DNA of 64,000 nt from an uncultured Clostridia bacterium (GCA_904420525.1 CAJFVT010000101.1:3546-67545), one strand, 5' to 3'; positions 21,148 to 32,237 are shown, counted from the stretch's first letter. Program-made: numbers and translations. Notes: generated from the letters alone by a model not told the origin.

Positions 21148-22233
21148 TTATATCTTCATAGGGTTGGACATAAGATACTTATGTACCATCATCGCAACCT
21201 TGAATACTATCGCCTGATCAAACTTTCTCAGATCCAGACCGGTGAGCTTGTATATCTTTTCAAGCCTGTACACGAGTGTGTTTCTGTGTACGAAAAGCTG
21301 TCTTGAAGTCTCACTGACATTCAGATCGTTTTCAAAGAATTTATTTATTGTGAGTATCGTTTCATCGTCAAGCGTTGTAATATCACCCTTTTTGAATACC
21401 TCCTGCAGGAACAGCTCACAGAGCTTTATAGGAAGCTGGTATATAAGTCTGCCGATACCAAGATTGTCGTAGCTGAGGATGCTTTTCTCCTCATCAAAGA
21501 CCTTGCCTACCTCTATTGCGATCTGTGCTTCCTTATACGAATTATTCAGCTCGTCTATATTCGCAGCTACAGTAGAAAGTCCTATTATCACTGGATGCAT
21601 TATCTCTGCGCTCACCGTGTCAAGTATCTGCTGCGCCATCTCCTCCAGATCCTTTGTCGTAAGCAGCTCCTTGAGTTCCTTGATAAGAACTATATTGTTT
21701 GAATCGATGCTTATAACAAAGTCATGCTCTTTGTCGGGATAGATATTTCTCACTACCTCATATATGCCGCTCTCGCTGCCGCTCGTTACTTTTATATAGA
21801 ACACAGCACGCGGCACATCACACTCAACATGCAGCTCTCTTGCCTTCTGATGAAGATCAAAAGAAATGAGATTATCAAAAATGATGTTCTGCATAAAGTT
21901 TGTTTTATCATACTTCTCGTCATAATAATGACGCACATTGTTTGCTGCGACCGCTACCGCATTGCAGCAGTATTTTGCTGTCTCATCCGTTCCTTCCACA
22001 TAAACTACATATTCGGCATACGGCTTGTTGGACATGGCACGGATAGTAAAGCCGTCCTTGAATAAAAGCTTCTCGCTGTTTACGGCGGCAAGTACCAATC
22101 CCTCCATTACATCGTCATTCGGTTCAAGACCGTTATAAGCAAGAACAAGTCCGTGGGAATCGGCAATACCAAACCTTTTTGGGAACACATCTGCCATTTG
22201 TGTTATTATATTCTGAAAAGCTTTACTTATCAT
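21148..22233 (-). CDS. CdaR/PucR family transcriptional regulator
   Basis: GGDEF-like middle region and C-terminal HTH FFENDLNVSETSRQLFVHRNTLVYRLEKI; ATG 22233 with GGAGG; promoter TTGAAA-N17-TATAAT at 22325-22297. Confidence 0.92.
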   Translation of the reverse strand: MISKAFQNIITQMADVFPKRFGIADSHGLVLAYNGLEPNDDVMEGLVLAAVNSEKLLFKDGFTIRAMSNKPYAEYVVYVEGTDETAKYCCNAVAVAANNVRHYYDEKYDKTNFMQNIIFDNLISFDLHQKARELHVECDVPRAVFYIKVTSGSESGIYEVVRNIYPDKEHDFVISIDSNNIVLIKELKELLTTKDLEEMAQQILDTVSAEIMHPVIIGLSTVAANIDELNNSYKEAQIAIEVGKVFDEEKSILSYDNLGIGRLIYQLPIKLCELFLQEVFKKGDITTLDDETILTINKFFENDLNVSETSRQLFVHRNTLVYRLEKIYKLTGLDLRKFDQAIVFKVAMMVHKYLMSNPMKI

Positions 22234-22413
22234 AGTTTTGTCCTCCGAATGCAAAAATTGATCAACGGCTTTAAGAGCCGACATTTATACATAAATATTA
22301 TACAACAAAACTCACGGATTTTCAAGAACTTTTTATAAATCTTTTGTATCGTTTTATCTTTTTTTTTTAAAGCTTATCTATTATTTGTATTTTTATGCAA
22401 AATAATGGCTATT

Positions 22414-23202
22414 TTATATCAATCCAGCATGTCTCAAACCGTACGATATCCCCTCTTCCGCCACTGTCTTGGTGACGAACGAGCAGACCTCCTCAATATC
22501 AGGGCTGTGCGCTCCCATAGCTATTCCCGTTCCGACTGCTTTTAACATCTCATAATCGTTTGAATTGTCTCCGAACGCATATGTATCCGCAATGCTGACG
22601 CCTGCCGCCGCCGCCATTTTCGATATGGCTGCGCCCTTGCTGATACCCGCCATATCAACATCACAGGACAGATTTGTCCTGTGACGGCTGAAGCTGAAAA
22701 ATTCACCCAGCTCGCTGCTTACAGCGTCATACACAGCCTCGCTCTCAAATGTCAGGAACATCTTATGCACGCGAGCTCCATCCGCCTCCGATACCGGTCT
22801 GAACACTGACATCGGTATGTCAAAGAAGCTCAGTGAGCTTAAGAAATGCTCGTTATCCAGTCCGTTTGTATAGCACTTCTCCTGATTTTCAGCAACAAAG
22901 ATATATTTGTATCTGTCAGCATTGTCAATGATCATTTTCACAAGCTCATCCGGCATACAGCTGTCAAATATCTCTTCCCCGCAAAGCTCCGCGTGCGCAC
23001 CGTTCGAGGTCACATATCCATCCCATGCTATGCCCGTCTCCGGAACATAGCATTTCGCTCTGCCTGTCGCAAGAACGGCAAGATATCCGTTTTCCTTAAG
23101 CTGCCGCAAAGCCTCCTTTGTTGCAGCTGTGGGCCTGTATATTCGTGCTGTCTCATCGACCAGTGTTCCGTCAAAATCAAAAAATACTATTCCTCTGTTC
23201 AT
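22414..23202 (-). CDS. Cof-type HAD-IIB hydrolase
   Basis: FFDFDGTL, ATGR, SKG, AFGDNSNDYEML. Confidence 0.92.
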   Translation of the reverse strand: MNRGIVFFDFDGTLVDETARIYRPTAATKEALRQLKENGYLAVLATGRAKCYVPETGIAWDGYVTSNGAHAELCGEEIFDSCMPDELVKMIIDNADRYKYIFVAENQEKCYTNGLDNEHFLSSLSFFDIPMSVFRPVSEADGARVHKMFLTFESEAVYDAVSSELGEFFSFSRHRTNLSCDVDMAGISKGAAISKMAAAAGVSIADTYAFGDNSNDYEMLKAVGTGIAMGAHSPDIEEVCSFVTKTVAEEGISYGLRHAGLI

Positions 23203-23216
23203 TGTCTACCTCTGCA

Positions 23217-24956
23217 TTATTTCTTGAACTGGCTGTTATACAGATCTGCATAAAAGCCGTTTTTCTCCATAAGCTCGCTGTGACTGCCCTGTTCTATAAC
23301 TCTTCCGTTATTCATAACAAGTATGACATTTGCCTCTCTGACTGTTGAAAGGCGGTGCGCCACTATGAAGCTTGTTTTCCCCTGCATGAGCTTGTTGAAT
23401 GCCTGCTGGATCCTTATCTCCGTACGAGTATCTATCGATGACGTTGCCTCGTCAAGGATAAGCATAGGCGGACGGCACAGCATGACTCTCGTTATACACA
23501 GCAGCTGCTTCTGTCCCTGCGAAAGGCTTCCGCCGTCCTCGCCTATCACCGTGTCAAGACCATTCGGCAGTCGCCGTATAAACCCATAAGAATTTGCAGC
23601 CTTAGCCGCCGCTATTATCTCCTCCTCAGACGCATCCGGGCGTCCCATGACAATATTTTCACGTATAGTACCGGATTTCAGCCATGTCTCCTGCAGCACC
23701 ATCCCATACGAAGTTCGAAGACTGTGTCGTGTAAGCTCCTTTATCGGCTCGCCGTCGACTGATATGACTCCGCTGTCTGTATCGTAAAATCTCATGAGCA
23801 GATTTATCATCGTTGTTTTCCCGCAGCCCGTAGGTCCGACGATCGCTATCCTCTGTCCGGGTTCCACATGCAGCTCCAAATTCTCAATAAGCTTTTTGTC
23901 AGGAGAATATGAAAAGCATACGTCCTTTATATCAACATATCCTTTGACATCCGCAAGTGTCTTCGCATCAGCAAGCTCCGGCGTCTCCTGCTTTTCATTT
24001 ATAAGCTTCAAAAGTCTTTCAGCGCAGGCTATAGCGTTCTGCAGCTCCGTAACAACGCCTGATATCTCGTTGAACGGCTTTGTGTACTGATTTGCATAAG
24101 ACAGAAAGCTTGACAAAAGTCCGACTGTGATATGCCCGCTGCAGGCGGCTATCGCTCCCGTAAGCGCTACCGCTGCATATACGATGTTATTCACAAAACG
24201 CGTTGCGGGGTTCGTTATCGATGAAAAGAACACAGCCTTTAAAGAACAGTCATAAAGGCGTCCGTTTATCTCGTCAAATTCGTCTATAGTCTTTTTCTCT
24301 CTCGAAAACGCTTTTACCACCTTAAGATTATTTATCGTTTCATCTATAAGCGAGGTCTGCTCAGCCCGCGTCTCTGACTGCTCCATGAACATCTGATATG
24401 TTCTTGATGCTATAAATTTTGCCACAAGCAGCGATATCGGAGTCAGACACACTACCACAAGAGCGATCCATATATTTATCCTGAACATGAAAAACAATGT
24501 TCCTATTATCGTCATCACACCGGAAAACAGCTGCGTAAAGCCCATAAGAAGACCGTCTGCGAACTGATCCGCATCGGCTATAACACGGCTTACTACCTCA
24601 CCGCTTGAATGCGAGTCAAGATATGAGAACGGAAGCTTTTGGATTTTGCTGAAAGCAGCAAGACGCAGATCACGCACAACATTATATGTTATTTTATTGT
24701 TTACAGCATTCATTATCCACTGCAGCGCCGCAGTCGCTGCCACGACCGCTCCTATCCGAACCAGTATCTTCAATATACCCGCAAAATCCACGTTGCCCGG
24801 TCCTATTATCCCATCTATGGCGTAGCCTACGAGGATAGGCACATAGAGCGTGAGCACTACGATTATCGCGGAAAGAAAAATTGAAAACACAAGATACGCC
24901 CTATAGCGGCTTATATACTTCCATACATTTTTGATCGTACCCTTTTTCTCAGCCAT
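23217..24956 (-). CDS. ABC exporter, fused permease/ATPase (heterodimer partner)
   Basis: TM domain, GPTGCGKT, LSQGQKQ, LILDEATS, AHRLS. Confidence 0.95.
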   Translation of the reverse strand: MAEKKGTIKNVWKYISRYRAYLVFSIFLSAIIVVLTLYVPILVGYAIDGIIGPGNVDFAGILKILVRIGAVVAATAALQWIMNAVNNKITYNVVRDLRLAAFSKIQKLPFSYLDSHSSGEVVSRVIADADQFADGLLMGFTQLFSGVMTIIGTLFFMFRINIWIALVVVCLTPISLLVAKFIASRTYQMFMEQSETRAEQTSLIDETINNLKVVKAFSREKKTIDEFDEINGRLYDCSLKAVFFSSITNPATRFVNNIVYAAVALTGAIAACSGHITVGLLSSFLSYANQYTKPFNEISGVVTELQNAIACAERLLKLINEKQETPELADAKTLADVKGYVDIKDVCFSYSPDKKLIENLELHVEPGQRIAIVGPTGCGKTTMINLLMRFYDTDSGVISVDGEPIKELTRHSLRTSYGMVLQETWLKSGTIRENIVMGRPDASEEEIIAAAKAANSYGFIRRLPNGLDTVIGEDGGSLSQGQKQLLCITRVMLCRPPMLILDEATSSIDTRTEIRIQQAFNKLMQGKTSFIVAHRLSTVREANVILVMNNGRVIEQGSHSELMEKNGFYADLYNSQFKK

Positions 24957-26679
24957 TTACCGCAGCCTCCTTTGGAAACTGTGAATAGTAGATCTCACTG
25001 TAGACCTCACAGTTCTCAAGTAATTCCTCATGTGTGCCTATGCCTACAGGCACTCCGTCATCGAGAACAATTATCCTGTCAGCATGCATTACAGACGCCG
25101 TTCTCTGAGACACTACAAATACAGTCGGCGATGACGGCAGCTCTCTCACTGCCTTCCTCAGCTTCGCGTCAGTCGCAAAGTCGAGAGCCGACGCGCTGTC
25201 ATCAAGTATCAATATTTCAGGCTCTTTTATAAGAGCGCGCGCGATTGTCAGGCGCTGCCTCTGCCCGCCTGAGAAATTGCCGCCGCCCTGTGCCACGTAC
25301 GAATCAAAGCCCTTGTCCTTCCCCGATACGACCTCGGCTGCCTGCGCAGCGCTTACTGACGCATCCATTTCAGCTTCTCCGGCGTCTTCAAGCCCCCATT
25401 CTAGATTTGACCTGATAGTTCCCTTGAAAAGCACAGCCTTCTGCGGGACAACACCGATCTTTGCCCGAAGCGCGTCTATATCATATTCACGCACGTCAAT
25501 GCCATTTACCCTCACGCTCCCGCGCGAAGCATCATAAAATCTCGGTATCAGATTTACCAGCGAAGTCTTGCCTGATCCGGTACCGCCTATTATGCCGATA
25601 GTCTCTCCGCGCATCGCCTTAAAGCTGATCCCTTCTATCGCAGGCTCAGAGCTGCCCTTATAAACAAGCGCGGCATCCTCAAACTCTACAGCCGGTGCAG
25701 TCTCTATTCCGTCTTTGACCGTTCCGTTTTCAAGGCTGTTTTGTATGTCCAGCACATCTGATATCCTGTTCGCACAGGCAAGAGCCTTTGTAAGAGATAT
25801 TATCATATTAGCAAGCTTTATAAGCTCTACAAGTATCTGGCTCATATAGTTATAGAGCGCAACCACCTGTCCCTGAGTCAGCACACCACAGTCAACGCGC
25901 AGTGCGCCCTTCCATATAAGCGCTATTACCGCCGCGTTTATGACTGCATAGGTAAGCGGGTTCATGAGCGCGGATATCTTTCCTACAAACTTCTGTATCC
26001 TTACGAGAGTTTCATTCCTTTCAGTGAAATCCTCGTTTTCGCGCTTCTCCATGCAGAATGCTCTGAGCACCCTTGCTCCTGTTATATTTTCACGTGTCTT
26101 AGTCAGCACCATGTCAAGCGCGCGCTGAGCTTTTTTATAAAGAGGCATGGAAAGCAGCATTATGCCGAACACTATCACCGCCAGCACCGGTATAGCCACA
26201 ACGAAAACAAGCGCGCTCGGTACATCTATAGTAAATGCCATTATCATTGCACCGAACACAACGAACGGAGAACGCAGGAACAAACGCAGTACAAGATTGA
26301 CTCCAGACTGCACCTGGTTTATATCTGAGGTCATCCTAGTCACAAGAGTCGATGTTCCGAGCGTGTCGATCTCACTATGCGAAAGCGACTGGATATGCGC
26401 AAACAGCGCATGGCGCAGCTTCGTTGAAAAGCCTACCGCCGCCTTTGCCGCGAAAAACTGCGCCGTTATTGAACATACAAGCCCTATAACGCCCAGCGCG
26501 ACAAGTATAAGGCACATGCGCACTATATAACCGTAATCATTATTCGATATACCATTATCTATTATCGCCGCGACTACCAGCGGCACAAACAGCTCGAACA
26601 GCGCCTCAAGCAGCTTGAAAAGCGGTCCGAAAACGCTTTCCCTTTTATAGTCCCTAAGATAAACAAGAAGCTTTTTCAA
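24949..26679 (-). CDS. ABC exporter, fused permease/ATPase (degenerate-site partner)
   Basis: GGTGSGKT, FSGGQRQR, LILDDSAS, SQR (degenerate Walker B/switch); TTG 26679 with GAGGTG RBS; promoter TTGACA-N17-TATAAT at 26747-26719. Confidence 0.93.
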   Translation of the reverse strand: MKKLLVYLRDYKRESVFGPLFKLLEALFELFVPLVVAAIIDNGISNNDYGYIVRMCLILVALGVIGLVCSITAQFFAAKAAVGFSTKLRHALFAHIQSLSHSEIDTLGTSTLVTRMTSDINQVQSGVNLVLRLFLRSPFVVFGAMIMAFTIDVPSALVFVVAIPVLAVIVFGIMLLSMPLYKKAQRALDMVLTKTRENITGARVLRAFCMEKRENEDFTERNETLVRIQKFVGKISALMNPLTYAVINAAVIALIWKGALRVDCGVLTQGQVVALYNYMSQILVELIKLANMIISLTKALACANRISDVLDIQNSLENGTVKDGIETAPAVEFEDAALVYKGSSEPAIEGISFKAMRGETIGIIGGTGSGKTSLVNLIPRFYDASRGSVRVNGIDVREYDIDALRAKIGVVPQKAVLFKGTIRSNLEWGLEDAGEAEMDASVSAAQAAEVVSGKDKGFDSYVAQGGGNFSGGQRQRLTIARALIKEPEILILDDSASALDFATDAKLRKAVRELPSSPTVFVVSQRTASVMHADRIIVLDDGVPVGIGTHEELLENCEVYSEIYYSQFPKEAAVNG

Positions 26680-26876
26680 TTTTTTGCACCTCATGATAAT
26701 ATATTGTTTTACTGTTATATTATAATATATATCCTCCGGATTGTCAAGAATTGCGGAAAATGTGATACTAATGCACTTGTACAGATGATTTCCAAACATG
26801 ATCATTACCATATTGATTTTAGCCGTTATATATGGTATACTATACATATCAAAGCAATATCAGGAGGAATTTTTTT

Positions 26877-28187
26877 ATGTGGGCATTTGAAAGTGTTTTT
26901 TATCAGATATATCCGCTCGGCTTCTGCGGTGCGCCGTATGAAAATGACGGTGTCCTTACTCACCGGATAAAAAAGGTAAGCGACTGGATCGATCATATAA
27001 AGGATCTGGGCGCAAATGCTATATATTTTTCACCAGTGTTTGAATCCGATACTCACGGCTATAACACGCGCGATTTTTTTAAGATAGACTGCCGTCTCGG
27101 CACAAACGATGATTTTAAGGAAATAGTCAAAGAACTGCACGAAAACGGGATCAAAGTCGTTCTTGACGGTGTGTTCAACCACGTTGGAAGAGGTTTTTGG
27201 GCATTCCAGGACGTCCTCGAAAAACGCTGGGAGTCGGAATACAAGGACTGGTTCCATATCAGCTTTGACGGCAACAGCAATTATAACGACGGATTATGGT
27301 ATGAAGGCTGGGAGGGAAATTATGACCTCGTAAAGCTTAATCTCCGCAATCCCGCCGTTACGGAGCATCTGCTTTCGGCTGTTAAGTTTTGGGTAGATGA
27401 GTTCGATATAGACGGGCTTCGTCTAGACGTTGCATACTGTCTTGAGCTGGATTTCCTGCGCGAGCTACGCAGATTCACCGAAACGCTCAAGCCTGAGTTC
27501 CTGCTGCTGGGCGAGCTGCTCCACGGCGACTACACACAGCGTGTGAATAGTGAGATGCTCCATTCCTGCACAAACTACCAGTGCTACAAAGGGCTTTATT
27601 CATCTTTCAACAGTATGAATATGTTTGAGATCATACACTCTATCCAGCGCCTGTTCGGCAGCGAGCCGTGGTGTATGTGCAAAGGACTTCATCTTATGAA
27701 CTTTGCCGACAATCATGACGTTACAAGAGTCGCAAGCATCCTTGAAAACGAAAAACATCTTCCGCTCATTTACGGTCTTATGTTCGGTATGCCCGGCTTT
27801 CCCTGCATCTATTACGGCAGCGAATTCGGCGTTAAGGGCAAGAAAAGCGATGGCGATCCTGCGCTGCGTCCGTGCATTGAAGAGCCGGAGGAAACTGAAC
27901 TTGCTGAATTTATTTCAAAGCTGGCGGAGATCTTCAAAAGCAGCGATGCTCTAATTAACGGCTCGTTCCGTCAGGTCGTTCTGCAGTGCAGCCACTGCAT
28001 ATTTGAGCGCAAATCTGACAAAGAGCGTATCCTGGTCGCTGTAAACGCCGGCGATACAGCTGTTACATGTCACTTTGACGCGGGCTGCGGTATTGCTGAG
28101 GAGCTTTTGACCGGTACCGAGCATGATTTCGGAGGCGGCAGCGAGCTCCCGCCTTACAGTGTTCAGTTCTGGCGTATGGAAAAATAA
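26877..28187 (+). CDS. GH13 alpha-amylase family glycosidase (cytoplasmic maltodextrin glucosidase-like)
   Basis: DGVFNH, GLRLDVA, GEL, DNHD conserved regions; no signal peptide; ATG 26877 with AGGAGG. Confidence 0.92.
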   Translation: MWAFESVFYQIYPLGFCGAPYENDGVLTHRIKKVSDWIDHIKDLGANAIYFSPVFESDTHGYNTRDFFKIDCRLGTNDDFKEIVKELHENGIKVVLDGVFNHVGRGFWAFQDVLEKRWESEYKDWFHISFDGNSNYNDGLWYEGWEGNYDLVKLNLRNPAVTEHLLSAVKFWVDEFDIDGLRLDVAYCLELDFLRELRRFTETLKPEFLLLGELLHGDYTQRVNSEMLHSCTNYQCYKGLYSSFNSMNMFEIIHSIQRLFGSEPWCMCKGLHLMNFADNHDVTRVASILENEKHLPLIYGLMFGMPGFPCIYYGSEFGVKGKKSDGDPALRPCIEEPEETELAEFISKLAEIFKSSDALINGSFRQVVLQCSHCIFERKSDKERILVAVNAGDTAVTCHFDAGCGIAEELLTGTEHDFGGGSELPPYSVQFWRMEK

Positions 28188-28232
28188 TTTTATTCTTACA
28201 CTCATATAATATCTACGAAAGGTCTGATTATT

Positions 28233-29576
28233 TTGGAGAAAAATAACAATCTGGGTACTGAACCTCTCGGCAGGCTTATCATAAAGCTTTCGCTGCCTAC
28301 AGTTGCGGCTCAGCTGGTCAATCTTTTATATAATATAGTCGACAGGATATATGTCGGAAGGATCCCTGAGGTCGGCTCGCTCGCGCTTGCCGGACTGGGA
28401 GTTACGTTCCCTATAATAATGCTCGTCTCGGCATTCGCTATGCTCGCCGGGATGGGGGCTTCGAGAGCATCTATAGCCATGGGCGCCGGCGATTATAAAA
28501 AAGCTGAAAAATATCTTGGAAACAGTACTCTGCTTCTGATAATTTTCTCAATAATACTCAGTGTAGTTTTCTTTATCACAAAAGACAGGATACTTATGAT
28601 ATTCGGAGCAAGCGAAAACACTTTGCCGTATGCCTCGGACTACATATCCGTGTATCTTGTAGGAACTATCTTTGTTCAGCTAACACTCGGACTTAATATG
28701 TTCATAACTAATCAGGGCTTCTCAACAACGAGCATGCTTACAGTGTGCCTAGGAGCAGTTCTTAATATTGTACTTGATCCTGTGTTCATATTCCTGTTTG
28801 ATATGGGAGTTAAGGGCGCGGCACTCGCTACGATAATCTCACAGTGCGCCTCATGCATATGGGTACTCGTATTCCTTACAGGCAAAAAGACGATACTTAA
28901 GCTGCGGCTCAAAACGATGATCCCTGATCTCAAAATAATGGTTTCCATCATCACTCTCGGTGTTTCACCGTTTGTTATGCAGGCAACCGAATGTATTATC
29001 CAGCTTACCTTTAACAAAGGGATGATCTCTTATGGTAATGACATGTACGTAGCTATAATGTCTGTTCTGTTCAGTATCATGCAGCTTGTATGGATGCCGC
29101 TCTCAGGCTTCGCACAGGGAGTTCAGCCGATAATAGGATACAATTACGGCGCAAAAAAAATTGACCGTGTAAAAAAAGCGTTTAGTATACAGTTTATATC
29201 AAGTCTTATATTCTCTCTGGCTGCCGTTGCTTTGGTAGAACTGTTCCCAGGCTTCTTTCTCGGTCTATTCTCAAACGACCCAGAACTGATCTCTCAGGGC
29301 AGCAGCGCTCTCAGGCTATTCATGGCAGGCATGTCGCTTATGGGCGCGCAGAGCGCGTGTCAACAGACCTTTATAGCTCTTGGCGAAGCAAAAACGTCTA
29401 TGTTCCTCGCATGTCTGCGAAAAATAATATTGCTGTTCCCACTGGCTATAATAATACCTATTATAACAGATCTGGGCGTTTGGGGGCTTTTCCTTGCAGA
29501 GCCTATAAGCGATGTCACAGCAGTATGCGTTACTGTTGCTATGTTCGCAGTGCGTAGCAGAAAACTGCTTAAATAA
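28233..29576 (+). CDS. MATE family efflux transporter
   Basis: LYNIVDRIYVGR, NIVLDPVFIF, MGVKGAALAT, QPIIGYNYGA; about 12 TM helices. Confidence 0.93.
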   Translation: MEKNNNLGTEPLGRLIIKLSLPTVAAQLVNLLYNIVDRIYVGRIPEVGSLALAGLGVTFPIIMLVSAFAMLAGMGASRASIAMGAGDYKKAEKYLGNSTLLLIIFSIILSVVFFITKDRILMIFGASENTLPYASDYISVYLVGTIFVQLTLGLNMFITNQGFSTTSMLTVCLGAVLNIVLDPVFIFLFDMGVKGAALATIISQCASCIWVLVFLTGKKTILKLRLKTMIPDLKIMVSIITLGVSPFVMQATECIIQLTFNKGMISYGNDMYVAIMSVLFSIMQLVWMPLSGFAQGVQPIIGYNYGAKKIDRVKKAFSIQFISSLIFSLAAVALVELFPGFFLGLFSNDPELISQGSSALRLFMAGMSLMGAQSACQQTFIALGEAKTSMFLACLRKIILLFPLAIIIPIITDLGVWGLFLAEPISDVTAVCVTVAMFAVRSRKLLK

Positions 29577-29622
29577 TTACGGTAAGCAATGCTTTACCGG
29601 GAAAATACGGAGGTATAATAAG

Positions 29623-32148
29623 GTGAATATCAAATACATTTTAGCCGTATGCTCAGCAGCTGTCGTTTTAGCTGTACCGGCAGCTGCAGGAGCAGTGGAG
29701 CCGGCCGACCTCTTATTCACTCAGGAACAGGGAGGAAAATACATCTACTGCAATAACCACGAGCTGATACGAAGCGTAGATCTTGCCGACAACTCTAACA
29801 GAGACCCCAAATACATAATGAACAATGAAGGACTGACTCCGGACAAATACGCGCTGTTCGCTTCGTTTCTGAACCGTACTGACATCACCTCCAACACGAA
29901 CGCCGAAAGCTTTGCAGCTCCCTCGCGCGGCTTTGATATCGAGCTTGACGTTATGTTCAAGGCTCAGGAGGATACGGTAATAACACTTGAACGTCTCGGC
30001 TTTGAGGTGCCGGAGCACCGCTCGTTCATACTCAATGATATCCAATACACGGCTGAGGATGAATGGGGATGCTTCTATTGCTGGTCATCATATCTTGGCA
30101 TGCCGATACGGCAGCTCAATTCCGGCAACACATATTATGATGCACCTATAAATGAAACCACATTTGAAATAAAAGCCGGCGAAACAGTATGGCTCTCAGA
30201 CTTTATTGATAACTACAGGGAGATACCGTTTTGCCGTTCAGTCAACATAATGACCGATTTTACGATCGATGAAGGAGTTTGCGATGTAAATATACTTGCT
30301 GTACGCTCAAACGGTACTCTGCGCGACCGCTCAAATGTGAACCGCTCTCCAAGCTACGGGAGTTATTACCGCGACAAGCAGTACAAGGGCATTTCAGATG
30401 GTCTTAACGAGGTAACAGCTGAGCTTGAGTATACCATCAGCGATGACGATCCCGGTATGATACTTCCGGTGACTGTATACAATCAATACAAGCCAGACGG
30501 CAATACTCTTGAAAAATGGTATACACATCTCAATCCCCGCGCGGATCAATGGTCATATGAGCTTTGCGCTGAATCGGATATGCTCTCTTTCACATATTAT
30601 GATCCGATGAAGAACTACTACTACGGCTCCGGTGTTCCCGATGATGAGCGCAGTCCATACTATATATTCGACACCAAGCACGCTGATACCTCGGAATACG
30701 ACAAAAGCTACGGCAGCAGCTCATCATATATTCCCAACCGCGAGCTTACAGAAGAAGACGGTACTGATCTGGCATGCAATCTCGGCAACTACGGAGTTAT
30801 ATACAACTATAAGATCAAGGTGACCAATACCGGCAACAAGCAGCGATATCTGACCTACTGTCTAGCGACCTCGTCAAACAACGTGGTATATCTTAAGGAC
30901 AGCGAAGGAAATATTATAAACGGCTATGCACTGTGCAAGGGTACACGCACTGAACGTGTCTCGGATAACATGGCATGCATGACCATACCCGCGCAGACCA
31001 CCTCTGAATACACAGTCTGCGTTATACTGACTCCTAACTATTCAGGCGGTATGCAGAACTATCTGCAGCTGAGCGACTATCCGCAGATAATCGAGACGTA
31101 TGAAACAGAACGAAGCGGTATCGAAAAGGACCGTTTCTTTACCGGCAGAGAATATTATAAATGGGAAGGGACAACACTTTATCTCAGCAGTGACCGCGAA
31201 AACTGGCGCAGTGTTTCTCTTCCCTCTGAAGTGATAAAAGAGGTCGCTGGAAACGTAAACGAATACTCGCTTACATATGCTGGAGACGGCTATATACTGC
31301 GCCCGGCTCTATATGATGCAGGCGTGTATTCACATGCGGATTCACTGTTTAGAACCGTTTATCTGCTTGATCAAAGCTTTTCTCTAAAGGCCAGCTACAC
31401 CTTTGGCAGCTATCCTCAGGCGGCTGCAGCCGCGAACGGTGTTTATTACGTCAGGACGTCGGGAACGATGTTCCGCTCTACCACTGAGTTCAAATGGTGG
31501 GATATGGTCTACACTCAGCTGCCCTGCTGGAACTACGGCACATACTCCGCGCTCCTGGATGACGGCAAAATAAAGCTTTCCACAGACGGCATTGAATTTG
31601 AAGAAGTTGAATACCTCGGTTTTGAACCCGACTATATAGACTCTTACGGCGCTTACTACTACTTTACCGAAGGCCGCGCGCTTTATCTTTCGGAAAACGG
31701 AGTCTACTGGGAAGGAATCATGGCCTCAGAGAAAGTAAGGACCTTTGAAGTAACAGGCAATAAGCTGATAGTAAACGGTTCCGAGGAGCATGAGCTTCCG
31801 GATTTCGGCTGCAATATAGTTATCAAGTATAATGGAAAATATATAGGCACGGAAAAGGAACCGTTCATAAGCAGTGATCTCACATATGTACCTATACGAG
31901 ATATAGCCGAGTTCATGGGCGCGGATGTGGAATGGAATGATGCTATAATAACTCTCCGATACGGCGGCACTGCCGCGCAGATCGATACAGCAGCTTCCGA
32001 AATAACTGTTGACGGTACGATCTCTGAAACGGCCCCTGTGATAATAGACAACGGCGTCTCTTACGTGCCTCTGCGGGCGGTATCCGAGGCACTTGGATGT
32101 GATGTCGATTATGATGAGGCCGCCCGGCTTGTAACTATAAGCGACTGA
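29623..32148 (+). CDS. Secreted multidomain protein with C-terminal copper-amine-oxidase-like N (stalk) domain
   Basis: GTG start with GGAGG, signal peptide; C-terminal TYVPIRDIAEFMGADVEW and SYVPLRAVSEALGCDVDYD. Confidence 0.8.
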   Translation: MNIKYILAVCSAAVVLAVPAAAGAVEPADLLFTQEQGGKYIYCNNHELIRSVDLADNSNRDPKYIMNNEGLTPDKYALFASFLNRTDITSNTNAESFAAPSRGFDIELDVMFKAQEDTVITLERLGFEVPEHRSFILNDIQYTAEDEWGCFYCWSSYLGMPIRQLNSGNTYYDAPINETTFEIKAGETVWLSDFIDNYREIPFCRSVNIMTDFTIDEGVCDVNILAVRSNGTLRDRSNVNRSPSYGSYYRDKQYKGISDGLNEVTAELEYTISDDDPGMILPVTVYNQYKPDGNTLEKWYTHLNPRADQWSYELCAESDMLSFTYYDPMKNYYYGSGVPDDERSPYYIFDTKHADTSEYDKSYGSSSSYIPNRELTEEDGTDLACNLGNYGVIYNYKIKVTNTGNKQRYLTYCLATSSNNVVYLKDSEGNIINGYALCKGTRTERVSDNMACMTIPAQTTSEYTVCVILTPNYSGGMQNYLQLSDYPQIIETYETERSGIEKDRFFTGREYYKWEGTTLYLSSDRENWRSVSLPSEVIKEVAGNVNEYSLTYAGDGYILRPALYDAGVYSHADSLFRTVYLLDQSFSLKASYTFGSYPQAAAAANGVYYVRTSGTMFRSTTEFKWWDMVYTQLPCWNYGTYSALLDDGKIKLSTDGIEFEEVEYLGFEPDYIDSYGAYYYFTEGRALYLSENGVYWEGIMASEKVRTFEVTGNKLIVNGSEEHELPDFGCNIVIKYNGKYIGTEKEPFISSDLTYVPIRDIAEFMGADVEWNDAIITLRYGGTAAQIDTAASEITVDGTISETAPVIIDNGVSYVPLRAVSEALGCDVDYDEAARLVTISD

Positions 32149-32204
32149 TATTGATCTTAACAGGCGCTGTCTTTAAAACTGAACAATGTATAAAGAAGCA
32201 CTTT

Positions 32205-32237
32205 AATAGGCTGCCGCATTAACGCGACAGCCTATTT
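32205..32237. terminator. Hairpin, probable terminator
   Basis: AATAGGCTGCCGC/GCGACAGCCTATT between convergent genes. Confidence 0.6.

Noticed and set aside
26680..26876. Overlapping long N-termini of the ABC and GH13 ORFs
   Set aside because: Downstream starts have clear RBSs, and the region holds two divergent SigA promoters
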